From Podarcis bocagei (Eukaryota), in the NCBI GenBank assembly GCA_964188305.1, contig OZ076885.1: a stretch of DNA of 64,000 bases. One strand, 5' to 3'. Both the position numbers and the translations under genes were made by a program. Positions 12,950 through 26,238 of the stretch are shown in pieces. Under the pieces are notes generated by a model that was not told where the DNA came from, searched no databases, and was given only the letters and a program-made list of their open reading frames with translations. Position 1 is the first letter of the stretch, and each line of letters starts with the position of its first letter.

Positions 12950-13620
12950 ATTTATTGAAACAATTTATATACCACTTAACTCAATGTTGCCATACGCCTG
13001 GAACTTCCTGGATTCAGTCATTTTGGCGAAAATCGCTTAAATGTCCGGGAAAATCCCTACATATGTCAAAAAAAAAAAAAGCTCAGCAACTTTTGTGTCC
13101 AGGTTTTCACTTTTTGAAATATGACAGCCCTACTTAACCACAATAGTCCCTAAGCAGTTCACAAATATACAATACAAAAATTAAAAGTCAGTTAGACTTA
13201 TAAAATCAAGCATCAGTTAAAATGTCTGATGGATCTAAAAAAAATAAAAAAATAAAAAGTCTTCAGTAGGTTCCAGACGTTCAGTAGGGAAGATGCCTGT
13301 CTGACCTCAATTAGAAGGGAGCTGTGTAAAATTGGGCCCACAATGCTAAATGCATTGCTCCTGGTGGATCTGAGCCATGGAGGGACCATTAACAGTGACT
13401 CCATTGAAGACCTAAGAGATTGGGTGGACCCAAATTGTTAAGGGCCTTGTGAAGTAATACAAAAAAACGAACAAACCATGAACCTGGCCCAGTAGCATAT
13501 GAGCATCCAGTACAGACTTCTGAGCACTAGAGTTATGTGCTGGCAATAGTTTGTCCCCAACAAGAGTCTAGTCACAGCATTTTGCACCAGCTGCCACCTC
13601 TGGAGCAGGCCCAAGGGCAG
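12950..13620 (-). mobile_element. Old L2 LINE 3' end, interrupted by a hAT MITE
   Basis: Minus ORF 13213-13404 (LLMVPPWLRSTRSNAFSIVGPILHSSL) resembles the L2 C-terminus; tail tttattgaaacaatttatatacc. Confidence 0.6.
12982..13132. mobile_element. hAT-like MITE (TAGGGTTGCCA family)
   Basis: Degenerate TIRs (gttgccata / atatgacagcccta), cttaac duplicated on both flanks; homologous to 24218-24430. Confidence 0.7.
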
Positions 13621-14872
13621 CTGGTATCTTCACCTCAACTGCAGCACTTATCCCCCTTCTTCTCTCACTCATCAGTCTCTGCAGTAGCCATCATAATATG
13701 CTGCCTAGGAACTTGCTGTGGCGTCTGAGAAGTTCCAGATTTACATAGCATTGAAAGAGTAGACAAATCAAGAGGATGAATCTTGGAGTAGCCCATACTA
13801 GTCAGGAAAACAAAGCAGGCTTCTTCAGGCAGAATATTTGGAACAAGGAGTAGATGAAGGTAGGAACATTTAAAATGTTGCACCTACCTGCTCTCAGGGG
13901 TGCTGGTTTGTTTGTTTGTTTGTTTGTTTGGGGGGGGTGAACTGGGAATTTCCCCTATATATCTTAGAGTAGTTTACATAGGGTGGTTTTCATTTTTAAA
14001 AAAATTGTGTGATGCCCTAGAGAGCGATCTAATTTAGCATATTTATTTTTCTTGTATTTAGTAAACAACCCTTAAACACACTGAAACTGCCAAGCTTGCC
14101 TAATATTTATCTGTCCCTGGCATCCATTTATTTTTACTAATGAACTTGTGAAATGGAAAGTTTTCGGGGGGGGCGGAATGAAGCCCTCGAAAACTTTCCA
14201 CTCCTGCTCTAGAGGAAAGAAGCCCATTATCCACAATGTAATATCAATGGGAATGTCACTGGTATTTTTTGTAGTTATTAATTATATTATTCCTAACTCC
14301 AAATAGAATGCCCACAGAAATTTTCCTTCCAGCTCATTTAGTAGAGGAATGCACCTTCCCACCCCCTCAAAAAAAATTCAGTGCCTCAATATTTTATTCG
14401 TTATTTATTAATTTTTCATGGATCTAACCAACTGCAGCTTGACTGGAAATCTTTAGTTGTGCAATTTGAACAGATGAAAAGCCACTATCGGCAACTGCAA
14501 TCTTTTGACATCTCCTGCTGGGAGGTGGGGTGGAGAAGAGAGAATTTGAATGCAACAAGAGCCTGCCCCTCTCAGGGACTAACTGTTGAATGTGTGCAGT
14601 GGTTGGAAGAATTCAGTAAAAAAAGAAATCTTTAGGAGAGAAGTTTTTGGACCAGAGTTTGGTAAAGTGCTCTAGGCCACCTGAGGATGCAAATTATCAC
14701 AAGGCTCTCACTTTTGCAAATGGGGTGTGTGAATGTGTTTGTGAGCGTGAGAGACATTACTAGTTATTGACTTGTTTCCTTTGAGTCATAGCCATGTGGC
14801 TAAGTTAAAAACAGAAGTCTTGATTGAATATTTAACAGATCGTTGGGTTGTTTTCGTCTCCCCCAAGGCAAG

Positions 14873-14990
14873 GAACATAAGAACATAAGAACTGTTCTGT
14901 CAGATTAGACCAAGGTCTTTCCGGTCCGGTGTTATGTTTCCAAGAGGAACCAGACAGATGCCTCTGGAAGCTCACAAGCAGCCAACAATG
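14873..14990 (-). mobile_element. CR1 LINE 3' end
   Basis: gaacataagaacataagaa tail followed by cagatgcctctggaagctcacaagcag. Confidence 0.65.
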
Positions 14991-15249
14991 GTGGTGCTGG
15001 ACCTCCATTTGTCCCTAGCATTTAGGCCAAATAAAATGAGCCAGAAACAAACATGTTATCTTGGATATAAACATCATCAAAGCAGTATTTTATGCCTGCA
15101 GAGGATTTTTATGGCTTGGGTTCTGTTATCTAGGTAGTCTAGTTCTGTGCATGTTTACTTAGAAGTCAGCCCTACTATTCAGTGGTGCTTGCTTCCAGAA
15201 AAGTAGGCACTGAATTGTACCCATAATTAATTTCTTTTTCAAGCATATA

Positions 15250-15474
15250 AAGTGGTACCTCGGGTTAAGTACTTAATTCGTTCCAGAGGTCCGTTCTTAA
15301 CCTGAAACTGTCCTTAACCTGAAGCACCACTTTAGCTAATGGGGCCTCCTGCTGCCGCTGCTCTGCTGCTGCACGATTTCTGTTCCCATCCTGAAGCAAA
15401 GTTCTTAACCGAGGTACTATTTCTGGGTTAGTGGAGTCTGTAACCTGAAGCGTATGTAGCCCAAGGTACCACTG
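15250..15474. mobile_element. Tc1/pogo MITE family A
   Basis: TIRs (a)AGTGGTACCTCGGGTTA / CCAAGGTACCACTG with TA TSD; opposite orientation to 4328. Confidence 0.9.
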
Positions 15475-15848
15475 TATATTCAAACTGAAACCAGCAGCAT
15501 TTGCATCAAGTGAACATTTCTGATTTGAATATTGTCAATATAAAGATCCCTGCCCAAGTTTCTATAAATAAAAAAAGAAAAACTTTACAGTGCAGGCAAA
15601 CTACACAGCATGTCTCCAACTGTCGCTCTTCCTAAAGACAATACTTCCAAAAATAATCCTACGTATGGAAGGGGCGGTATTGTAATTTGTAACCAACACA
15701 TTTTCACAGTTGCGTTTCCACTTCGTTGGCATAAATGCAATCTATAGCTGTTTCCAGGTGACCTGTTTATTCTGCATTCATCTTAAGTTGTTGGCTATTT
15801 AATCTGCATTCATTCTTAATTGTTTGTCGGGAGGTAGATGATATTGCA

Positions 15849-16216
15849 GGGACGCGGGTGGCGCTGTGGGTAAAACCACAGTGCCTAGGACTTGCCGATC
15901 GTATGGTCGGTGGTTCGAATCCCCGTGGCGGGGAGAGCTCCCGTCTTTCGGTCCCAGCTCCTGCCCACCTAGCAGTTCGAAAGCACCCTTAAAGTGCAAG
16001 TAGATAAATAGGTACTGCTTTATAGCGGGAAGGTAAACGGCGTTCCGTGTGCTGCGCTGGTACAGGCTCGCCAGAGCAGTGATGTCACACTGGCCATGTG
16101 ACCCAGAAGTGTCTGCGGACAGCGCCGGCTCCCGGCCTCTAGAGTGAGATGAGCGCACAACCCTAGAGTCTGTCAAGACTGGCCCGTACGGGCAGGGGTA
16201 CCTTTACCTTTACCTT
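15849..16216 (+). mobile_element. Sauria (Squam1-type) SINE, full length
   Basis: tRNA-like head with A box (GGTGGCGCTGTGGG) and B box (GGTTCGAATCC), (ACCTTT)n tail, 14-bp TSD TAGATGATATTGCA at 15835 and 16217. Confidence 0.95.
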
Positions 16217-17541
16217 TAGATGATATTGCATCAAAGCAAGTGTTATCCCACACTTTCCAATAGTTTCCTTTCACTTTCCTTCTTGCAAAAAGAAGGAGGT
16301 TTGTTGTGCAAGAGCTCCCAATCAAGCATAGCTGTACAACTTGAATTTGCTAGTGTGTGATTGAACCGCACCCCAAATTAGCAACAGACTTGAAGCACCC
16401 TGTATGTCGGTGGTGAAGATGTTATTGCCCCTTTCCACCCTTTTCAATGGCCCTTGCTGCCATCGTGTATTGTTTGTTTTGTGCCTATAAAAAGGTTGCA
16501 TGATGGCAAAGAAAGGTGCAAAATGCATGGTGCAAAGTCCCATGGATCAAATCATGTGTTGGTTGAGACTAGCGGTCTAGATTGTCTTTATTATGTCTCA
16601 CTAACACAAGAATATAATTATGTGTTCCTTAGGGCTATACTTAAGGCAACAAGGTCATATAGAGGTGAATAGATATTGTTGGCAATGCAATTTAACTCAT
16701 AAGTAAAGGATAATGAAAGGATGTGGTAGGTTGTTCTAGGAAGGAATTTAAATGGAAGTAGACGCTAACAATTGGGGTAATTTAGACATTACCTTTTTGT
16801 GAATGTTGGAATTACTGCAATTTCTCTACACAAGGAATCTTAATATACACATTGGTATCTAGCAAGCCTGAATTTTTGATAGCCCTTGAAATCCAGAACC
16901 ACCCAAATGCACCTTCAGCCATTTTTTCATAGTACCCATATCAAAATGGTCATTCGTTTTGGAAATGTCTTAATTCTGCATTATGCCGTTGTGTCACTGA
17001 TACCCTGAAGAATATGGCATCTCAGTGATTGTGTAGATAAATCTGGTTTTATTTACTCCTGTTCAGGAGCGTGGTATTATTTCTCATCACTTAACATAAA
17101 ACTGGTGATATCTAATTGCCTTCTAGACCCTTATGATATTTACAAGATAAACTGGTGCTATTATTGTTGTTCTTTATTAAAGTTGCAAACTGCCCTTCAT
17201 CCAAAGATCACAGGGAGGTTCTCAACATAGAAATAAAAAGGAGAAAATAAAAAACAGAATAAAGACAGCAAGAACAACAACAACAACAACAACAAAACAA
17301 CCCCCAGAACTCTGCAGTCATTGACTATTTGACTGCAATTCTATTCTTACGTTGCCAAGGCCAAACTCCATTGAATTTAGAAGGATTTACTTATGAGTAA
17401 GCATACATAGCAATAGGCTTTTGGACAGCTCCTGCCATCCCTTGACTATGCTGGCTGGAGAGCTGAAGAGAGTTGGAGTTCAACATCTACAGTAAAGGGG
17501 GCAGGTTGGCCAACACTGATGCAAATGTACGCTTGCCAGAT

Positions 17542-17568
17542 TCACACACACACACACACACACACACA
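17542..17568. repeat. (CA)n microsatellite
   Basis: Dinucleotide run. Confidence 0.9.
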
Positions 17569-18169
17569 AAATAAGACTGGGGTTCATCTTCTTTTTTACC
17601 ATATTCCTTTGTAAAGAAAATACCCCTATATTCCAAAAGCATTACTTATTTTTGTATTAAATAAGAGTGGAAGTAATTAAGGGGAGAAAACATTGATAGG
17701 TTGGTCTGCTCCCTACGGAAGCCGCAGAAAATATAAATCATCATAAATGGGCGACTGGCTGGCTCTGGGGATTCATAATGGAATATGATGCGTTTTAAAA
17801 TCCTGTGTTTTCATTTCTGAACAAAATAAAATCTCATGTTTTCATTTCTGAATGCTGCCTTGTGAATACCAAACCTCCCCTTGTAACCTGACAGAGCATG
17901 CTATCATTTTCAACGTGGAGCCAATGAATGGATTCGATCAAAAGATTTAAAACGTTTTGATCAAAGGTGCTGCCTACCGTACCGAATCATTTTAAATACA
18001 AGGACTTGCTTACACAGGCTGTGGGTGGCGAGAAGATTCTTAGAACAGGCATAAGACTGTGTCAATTGCAGAAACCCCCTTCTCCAATCATGTTAGCTGT
18101 AGTACGTATCCATAATCTAGAAGAAGGATGAGGAACTCTCTCCCCATCTTTTTCCACCTATGTTGCCTT

Positions 18170-18432
18170 CCAAGGGCCGAATGTCTGCTGTGAGTGGGGC
18201 CGGAAGGAGAAGTGGGCAGTGCAATGGATGTGACTGTCCATTCCATCCCACCTACACAGAAGGCAGGGCTTCCTATACCCACTCCCACATGCACACAACT
18301 CTCCACCAAAGCAGAGCAAGGGCCATTGTCACAATCCAAGGACACAGTCCAGCTAGACAGAAGGAAAGTGTGGGCATCTGAAGGACATGGCCATACAGTA
18401 TTCAGCCCCCAGGCCTGAAGGTCCCCACCTCT
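18170..18432. mobile_element. Non-autonomous DNA transposon (probably hAT-like), degraded
   Basis: Ends in ggcctgaaggtccccacctctg; homologous to the 5040 and 42865 copies. Confidence 0.45.
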
Positions 18433-18764
18433 GGGGAGACTGGATTTGGGGGTTCATAGTTAACAGAGCTTAAAAACAAACCTTCTGAATTATTATGATT
18501 ATAATGATTTATTATTATTCACAAACAATTGCAAATGGACATACTGACCAAAAGGTCCTTTTAACTGGTTGTCATCCATTCTTGTTTATGTGCCACGTTC
18601 ATTATTTCTTCTCTTTTCCTGGATGGCTCCATTAAGATCCTCTCCCTCAGTTGTCACCTAGCGGCAGCCTTTCCATCAGGTGACAGCAAAGGGAGAGGTG
18701 GGTATGAAGGGCCATTCCATCAGCTCTGCTGAGGGACCATCCTCATCAGCCTCCTTCCTCAGTC

Positions 18765-18875
18765 AGGCTGGGGGAGACCCCTATCTGAAATCCTGGAGAG
18801 CCACTACCAGTCAGTGTTGGCAATTCTGTGCTAGATAGACCAGCAACCTGACTCAGCAACTTCCTATGTTTCCAT
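18765..18875 (+). mobile_element. Squam2-type SINE 3' part
   Basis: ctgaaatcctggagagccactaccagtcagtgt..ctagatagacc..caacttcctatgtt matches the other copies (41160, 55455, 61365). Confidence 0.65.
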
Positions 18876-20894
18876 GTACTTTCATAATAGCAACATTGGT
18901 AACAACCACCCTTTTCTTTTCGTCAGCCTGCGGCAAACCATTCCATGTGAACTCCGTTCTCCGATCAACTCAGCTGCTTCCACACACATAGACACAAAGA
19001 ATGAACTACTTTCACAGCCTGACTATAATTCTGAGGAATGAAGCAGTAAGATACATTGCCAAAAAAGCAATCTTTTCTGCAGCTATGCTTGTTATAAAGA
19101 CCATAGATTATTTTGGATGAACAGAACCCTCTATGATGAAGTAATAACATCATTTAAGCAGAAACACAATAGACAATCTCATAATGTCTCTGGTCTTTTG
19201 GGACTTGGCATCATAATCTGAAAATAAGCTGCAAAGCCATGATTTTGAGCCAATAATTGTCACCCGATCAACCAACTTTGGCTAAAGTTTCTTTTCAGAA
19301 TTTCTAGACAATGGATATATATATATATATATAGGCAAGAAGTTAATATCTAGCCCAGAAATACAAATGCCCAGCCATTTGTAAACACATTGCTGTTTAC
19401 TCTAGCTCCACGGTGCTCTCATAGCCGGCTTCTGAATCTGTGTACACATGTTACCCCTCGATGCAGAGTCGTAGCCTTGAGAAATGCTGGCATCAGGAAA
19501 ACTTAATCCACGTTCACTTTGCAGTTAATCTGAGAGGTGTGTGTGTTTGAGACAGCCATTGAGCATGCATGGATAATGGCACATGCACAGATTATAGCTT
19601 CATTAATAGGTTGCATGTGCAGGGGAACCAAACAGGTAATGCATGTCAGGCGAAGACTTCTCCACCTGCTCTCTGGTGTATGCAACAGCATGTGACTTGG
19701 AATGTACTGGGGGAGGGCACTCATTGCATTTTAAGACACTCGTGTGTACATAGCCTTAGTCACTCTTAAGGAATAAGCATCCAGGTAGCTAGGAGTCCTA
19801 AAACACACAGTATTCATTTTAAGGTAATTTTGACTAGGGAGCTGATAGCATTCCAAAATGAAGTCTGCTTCCAGCAGTCTGTACAGTTTTTGACCACATG
19901 ATCAGCTAATGTCAACTAGCTAAACCAGACACGGAGAGCCTGTGGCCTTCCCAATGTTTGCCTGTGATGGCTGGGGCTGATAGGAGTTAGGAGTCCACTA
20001 TTGGGAGGGCCACGGGTTTCCTGTTCCTGAGCTGAAAGCTTGATAGCTTTTCCATAGCTAAACGCTATGACAGAAAAACAGACATGGCAGGCTCAGTACA
20101 GGTTGGCTTTTGCAGTCTCTGTTGCCCAAGGCTGAGCTGATTGTGAGAACATCTCTAAGAATTACTCAAACGGGGGGGGGGGGGAGAGAAGCTAGGCATA
20201 GAAGTCTGGAAAAGAATAAATAGATTCCTTTTATGATACCTGGAAGAATTCTGGAATTGCTGGTATAAAGAAAACATGTTTTTCTTCAATTGGCTTGCAG
20301 TATGAAGCTGTAAAATACAAAAAGAAGCTACAAATCTGAAAAGCAAGGCTTTATAAGCTATACTGTTTTAAAATGCAGCTGGTGCTTTTCCTGGAGCAGA
20401 AAGCCAGAGGTCTAAGGGCTGGAGAAGGGGGGGTGGAGAGAGAGAGGTTCAGGCCTCCAGGCTAAGGCTGTTAGATGTTATGAGCTGTGTACTGAAACTT
20501 AGGCACCTTGTTGCCTAAGGAAACATAACCCAAATTTGATGCAACAAATTTCTGTGCCACAGGCTGAAAGTAAGCATGAAGAGAGGGATATAAGAAAAAA
20601 GTAAGTTAGAGAGCTGAACAGGGATGAAATCTGAGTATGGAACATTGCAATCAAACATTAAGAGGGGCAAATGTATCCACACACACAATCTTACTAAACA
20701 TACTGTACCAAAATATTTCAAAAATTACTTTGTTGAGACCCAGGGAAGCAATTTTCTATCAATTAGAGTTCAGCACATCCATTATTTTAAAAAATGTAGA
20801 GTCAACAAGAAAGTGCTGCTCTTTTAAGTGGTATAATAGAGCACGACCTAGTTTTGCTCATCTGATTTTTCTAAATAGCTCTATTTTGACTCGC

Positions 20895-21815
20895 AAGTTA
20901 AGAAGGATATTGACAAACTGGAATGTGTGCAGAGGAGGGCAGCCAAGATAATCAAGGATCTGGAAACCAAGCCTTATGAGGAACAGTTGAGAGAGTAGAG
21001 TATGTTTAGCCTAGTAAAGAGGAGATAAGAGGAGATAAGACAGGCATCTTCAAATATCAATAGGGCTGCCACGTGGAAGATGTTTTCTCCTGCTCTGGAA
21101 GCTAGGACCCAAACCAATACATTCAAGTTACAAGAAAAGGTTTCCACTCCTCTTTAAATGCATGTTCTTCTTGCTCTCTTATTCTATATGTTAGACCTTA
21201 TTCTATAGGTTAGATTCTATATTCTATCTTCTTAAGTTGCCAGTCCTCCTTACAAGGGACCTCCAGCACTTTCCATTTTTGGGCTAACAAAATGCGAGCT
21301 GTTGTTGTTGCATATTTTTCTGGGAGTTATCTAGTCCAACCCCATGCAATGCAGAAATTTCAACTAGACAGATGGCCATTCAACCTCTGCTTAAAGACCT
21401 GTAAGGAAGGAGAGTCCACTACCTCTCATGGGAGTCTCTTCCACTGTTGAACAGCTCTAATGTTCAGAAACTTATTCCTGATGATTAGTCGGAATCTCCT
21501 TTGTGGAGTATATGGAAAATAATTGCACAGAGCTGAAAACGCTGGCAGCATTAAGATAAATTCAACAGGTTAATTAATACTCGAGTGTTGTATGATTGGA
21601 GAACTGACTAAAATGGTTATAGTGAAATATGCAAGTATAATAGATAAACACAATGAACCATGGAAGGGGAAGGAGGGAAGACATTGGTGATATGGTATTA
21701 TGTAAAATGAAAAATATTTTGAAATGTTAAACTGAAAATCCAATAAAAATATTTTTTTAAAAAATAGATAATCCTCAAGGGTTCCTTCCAACTCTAAAGT
21801 TCTATGATTCTATGA
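20895..21815 (+). mobile_element. CR1 LINE 3' end carrying a nested L1 and an internal inversion
   Basis: Plus frame KKDIDKLECVQRRAAKIIKDLETKPYEEQLRE..; its continuation lies inverted at about 21320-21502; (TTCTATGA)n tail at 21765-21815. Confidence 0.88.
21135..21764 (+). mobile_element. L1-clade LINE 3' end inserted in CR1 (5' part now on the minus strand at 21135-21320)
   Basis: Minus YATTTARILLAQKWK..REQEEHAFKEEWKPF joins plus VEYMENNCTELKTLAALR*; AATAAA and A-rich tail; degenerate TSD tagataa. Confidence 0.85.
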
Positions 21816-21963
21816 TTGTATGTAAACTGTTTAGAGATCATGATGATAAATCGACCAATAAATATTGCTAAATAAGAAATAAATAAATCCTTGACTATTG
21901 GCCGTGCTGATTGTTCGAATGGGAATTGGAGTCCTAGCAACATGAGTGGGGGGCAGGTGTTTG

Positions 21964-21996
21964 TGTATGTATGTATGTATGTATGTATGTATGTAT
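21964..21996. repeat. (GTAT)n microsatellite
   Basis: Tetranucleotide run. Confidence 0.9.
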
Positions 21997-22523
21997 ATGC
22001 CCTTTTCACTTTATTTTTAAGCTAAGCAGTCTTTCTGTCAGAAGCCAAAGTGAAACCAAGGCAGGTACACTTCAATCATGGAAGATCTTAGACTGCCTAG
22101 TTAGCTCATAACTAAGGTTGTCTGCACACTTCATGGCAATGTGCATCCACGGCTGGATGCAGGTACCGTTTTGGGATGCTGTAGCCATGACATCATCCCT
22201 TTGCCATCCCTGCCTCATGCTATTTGCCAATCTAAAGTGCCTTCTGCTGGAATGCTTATAAGGTGTGTACGAACTGAGTGATAAAGGGCATTCAGGGCTG
22301 TGTGCAGGCACCCTTGCAAGGCTTTGTACACATGATGTCATCCCTGCTCCACCCTATTGGTCAATCTGAAGCATCTTCTGCTGGGACGGTTACAATCCAC
22401 TTTGTGCTGGGAATGCACTTCTCATGTGCTTGCTTCCTACATCATACACAGAAAGCACTTTCTTAGGCCACCTCACACTGGGGCAGGCTGACTGACATGT
22501 CAGGGCTGTGCCACTGCCCTTCA

Positions 22524-22944
22524 CAGGGCTGTCTTAAGGATATCCGGTGCCATTGTGCAAAGATACCTCCAGCACCCCTCCCCTTTCCCAGAGTTCTCGA
22601 CCTTTCTTTAAGGCTGGAGGAAGAGGACAGCAGCTGGAGGGTGGCTCCTCCGGCGGGGAATAGGTGGAGGATGGACACGGCGCCTCCCGGCTCAGCTGGC
22701 CGCTTCGTGCTGCAGTGGCCACCAGGCAGCACACCGAGCAAGCAGGCTTGCACCGAGCAAGCGAGAATTCAGTGCCTGTAGGCTAAGAGGGGGGAAAACG
22801 AGTCGACACTCAGCAGGAGCAGCGCACACACCCTCGCTCACTCAGCATGCTTGTTCGGGGCTCCCTGGACTCTTGCCTGGCGCCCACCAGAATTTGGCGC
22901 CCTGGCACCCCACGCCACTAGCCTCTATGGGTAAGACGGGCCTG
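22524..22944. mobile_element. hAT non-autonomous element, GC/CpG-rich
   Basis: TIRs CAGGGCTGTCTTA / TAAGACGGGCCTG; 8-bp TSD gcccttca / ccccttca. Confidence 0.85.
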
Positions 22945-24217
22945 CCCCTTCACCATGTTTCACTTGCCTGTTAATGAAATCAGCAAACCAGGAAGCAGCA
23001 GAATAACTTAGCTGCCTCTGAATACATACAGACCAGTGTCCAGCCCTACTCTTTCAAAATATGGTGAAAAGAATTTGAAAAATTTGAAGACACACCCACT
23101 CGTGTGTGCAGACAACACTGCCAGGAGCTTCTGCTTGAGATGACGTCATTGTGCAAAGGTGTGTACAATTGCAACCTGCTATGGTCAGAAGCACACTATG
23201 AAAAAAACACAAGCCCTGTGTGTTTTAAAGGTTACATGCATACACAACCTACGTCTTGGTTAAATACCAGGGGTATGATGCTTTCCTAAGAGAGCCAGAA
23301 ACGTGGCAGACATGTGCAGGATCAAGCTGGTAATCTGTTTTTCTGCAACTGAGACAACCAGCAAATTCTCACTAAGCTGCCCACTCTGCAGTAGTCTGGT
23401 CTTATCAAGGACCTACTTAAGTCTCTAGGACTCTTCCCGAACACCCTGGAGCAACTGCTTGTAAACAGAATCCACCAAACAGCCTTTCTACTGTAGAAAC
23501 ATTAAGAACATTTTAAAAGAAAAACAGTATCAGAGGCTGTTGTATTTGTGACTCAGTAAAAATGGTAGCTTTTGATTTATCTCTGTAGCATGCATTGCTG
23601 CTGTAAAAATTGAATCGGCTGTAACAGCAGAAGTAAAGCATGGATGCCTGTCCCTTGAAGATTGATAATAGCACTGCCACCAACACAGCAAGGGCATTTT
23701 TTTTGTCAATGTGCATCTGAAGTTTGTAAATGATGACCCCGACAGACCAAACAAAAACAAAACTGTTGCCCGATTCCCAGTCCTCCTGACACTCCCACTG
23801 ACTCATTTAGAGCGTTGTTTCGATTAGGGAGTCATCAAGTGGAATAAAGATGCAGGGACTGCTGTAAACGGAGGCAGATGGGGCAGCCAAGCCCAAGAGA
23901 GGGGCAGCAAAGCATCCAAATTAAGGTATTTCCATCAGCCTGTCCACAGGCACTGCGTTGCCCATCTGCTGCAACCAGCTATGGGTGGATATCAGAGACA
24001 ACTGAGGCGTTTGAAAAAGCCACTCGATCAGTCAACACAATGGAGCTCATCACAAGTACCATGAAGCCTCATCATTACATTTTCTCCAATTCCCACACTT
24101 GGGCTACGTGCACACTTCAGCCTTTGAAGTGCTGTGGTTTGGAGTTTTCTTTTCTTTTTTGGTTTGGAGTTTTCTGAAAACGCTTTTTCAGACGTCGCTT
24201 TGCAAGTGTCCATATTC

Positions 24218-24430
24218 TAGGGTTGCCATGCGTCCAGAATTTCCTGGACATATCCAGAATACTGCATTTGGCAGCAGTGTCTGGGCAGAAATCAGCTGCA
24301 TGCCCAGGAAAATCCGGACATATGGCAGCTCATGTCAGCAGTGCCATTTTTGCAGATTTTCCATAAAAATAGTTCAAAAACAGCATTTTTTTCTATCCGG
24401 ATTTTCACTGTTTGAAATATGGCAACCCTA
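24218..24430. mobile_element. hAT-like MITE (TAGGGTTGCCA family)
   Basis: Perfect TIR TAGGGTTGCCAT / ATGGCAACCCTA; degenerate 8-bp TSD ccatattc / ccatacca. Confidence 0.85.
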
Positions 24431-24692
24431 CCATACCAGCACACTACGCAGACAGCATGAGCAGTTATTAAATCATTGCTATCTATACACAGGGAGGGTA
24501 TCTCCTCCTTAGCTACTATGCATTAAATTTTTTCCTCTGTCCCCTTTCAGTACCCACCACATTCCTTTAAAAAGAGAAAGGGAAATCTTGCAGGCTTATT
24601 AATATACCATAGTCCAGTAGCATAAAATACTCAGGCACAGTTAGTTATGTTTCACTCAGTGAATGCCCAGGCTAGGAGTCCTTCTCTTGCAG

Positions 24693-24827
24693 CAGTGCTA
24701 TTTTTCTAGAAAAAAGCGTGCCAGAACTCACCATGAATGCCTCTCTTGCTCTCTTATAATGCCAACAGCGCGCACCTGAGAGGTGCCAGAACTGAGTCCG
24801 GTGAGCTCCTGCTGACAAAAAGCCTTG
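24693..24827. mobile_element. hAT-like MITE
   Basis: cagtgctattttttctagaaaaaag..gtgccagaactca..aaaagccttg; reverse homolog at 32502-32598. Confidence 0.65.
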
Positions 24828-25978
24828 TCTTACACTCTCATTACATATCTCATTTCTTTTGGCAGGGAACTCTGAGTATGCTCAGAGGCTGCCTGCTATG
24901 GCACCATGCATGACTCATTACTCCCAGCAGTATCTATTTCATTGCAGGGCACTCGTGGTATGGTATGCTGAGAGTCTCTCTGCCCTGGCACTAGGAACAC
25001 TACGCAGTTTGATTTATTGAATGCAGAGGGTGAAAAAGGGCACTTCAGGCTTCTGATACTGTATATCTACTCCCTGTTATACCAATTAATTCCACTGGAG
25101 TCCTCGTGGTTTCTTAAAGGGCAACACACAAGCTGGATGCTCCTGACATCTGCCAAATTGCCACCACAAGGTATCAGATGACATGGTCCTTGTTGGGAAA
25201 AGTTTAAAGTTCTTGTTTTTATCTGTAAGCTGCATTAAGTCCAATCAGGGGAAAACATGGGATGCTGTTGTTGTTGTTGTTGTTGTTAGCACCTGGCACC
25301 CAAGGGTACCTCTCCCTTTTCTGCAATTTTTGGTCAAATGGGTCACAAAACGCTAGAGGAGGATTCCTTTTTTAGCTACCCCCAAATTGTAGCAGTTGCC
25401 CTTGTGGGGAAAACATTGAGGCTATCTTTCTGAAGTATGACAGGATTCATGCTCTTGGAATGGAATATATTGCCACCCTATTCTGCCCCTCTCCCACCAG
25501 ATTTATAAATATTTCCTTTTTATATAATAAAAAAAAAAATTGGAAGAAAGGAAGAAAAACATGCAGCACACTAAAAATTATCTCCCCTGTCTGCAAGTGT
25601 TAATGTGCTTTTTTTTATTAGCAACAACTCTTTCCCCAAATTTCCTAGCTAAACTATCTGCCATATAAATAAAAAATTAGTCAGATTTCATTTTGCCTCA
25701 GAGTAAGCCACGCTGCATCTGACAAGGCAAGACAAATGACATGGCAAGCAGCAACATTTCAGAACTTTAGAAGGTTGAGTCTCTTTCCCATCCGACAACA
25801 ATTGTCACTTTGGATAGGAAGTTGCTCACCTAAGTCTTAAAATATTAGTGACTAGCCAGTGCTTTGAGGGTGTTTTGTGGTGACACTACCCATGAACTGT
25901 CAGGATAACCTCTGTTCACTCTTCCAACTCCAGTCTCTCCCCACTTTCAAAGAAAAGTCTGGGTGCTAAGGATATTTA

Positions 25979-26238
25979 TTGGGTGGCCAAATGAAAAAAA
26001 AAAAACAGAAAAGGGTCCTTGCACCTTTAACAGTTGTGTAGAAGAGGGCATTTCATTCAGCAAGTGACTATTGATCTCATGCTCTGCTAGGGAGCTTCCC
26101 ATAGTGAGGATGCTGCACTAGATGGGTCAGAACTCTATTTAGATTCCTGAGCAACACCTTAAGATGAAATGTCCTCTTCTACACAACTGTCAAAGTGCAG
26201 AAGTCCTGTCCTTTTAACTACACCATTATGGTAGCCTA
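25979..26238. mobile_element. Palindromic MITE (hAT-like)
   Basis: Inverted arms acagttgtgtagaagagggcatttca / tgaaatgtcctcttctacacaactgt. Confidence 0.7.

Noticed and set aside
22524-22944. CpG island or promoter
   Set aside because: The GC-rich stretch is bounded exactly by hAT TIRs and an 8-bp TSD.
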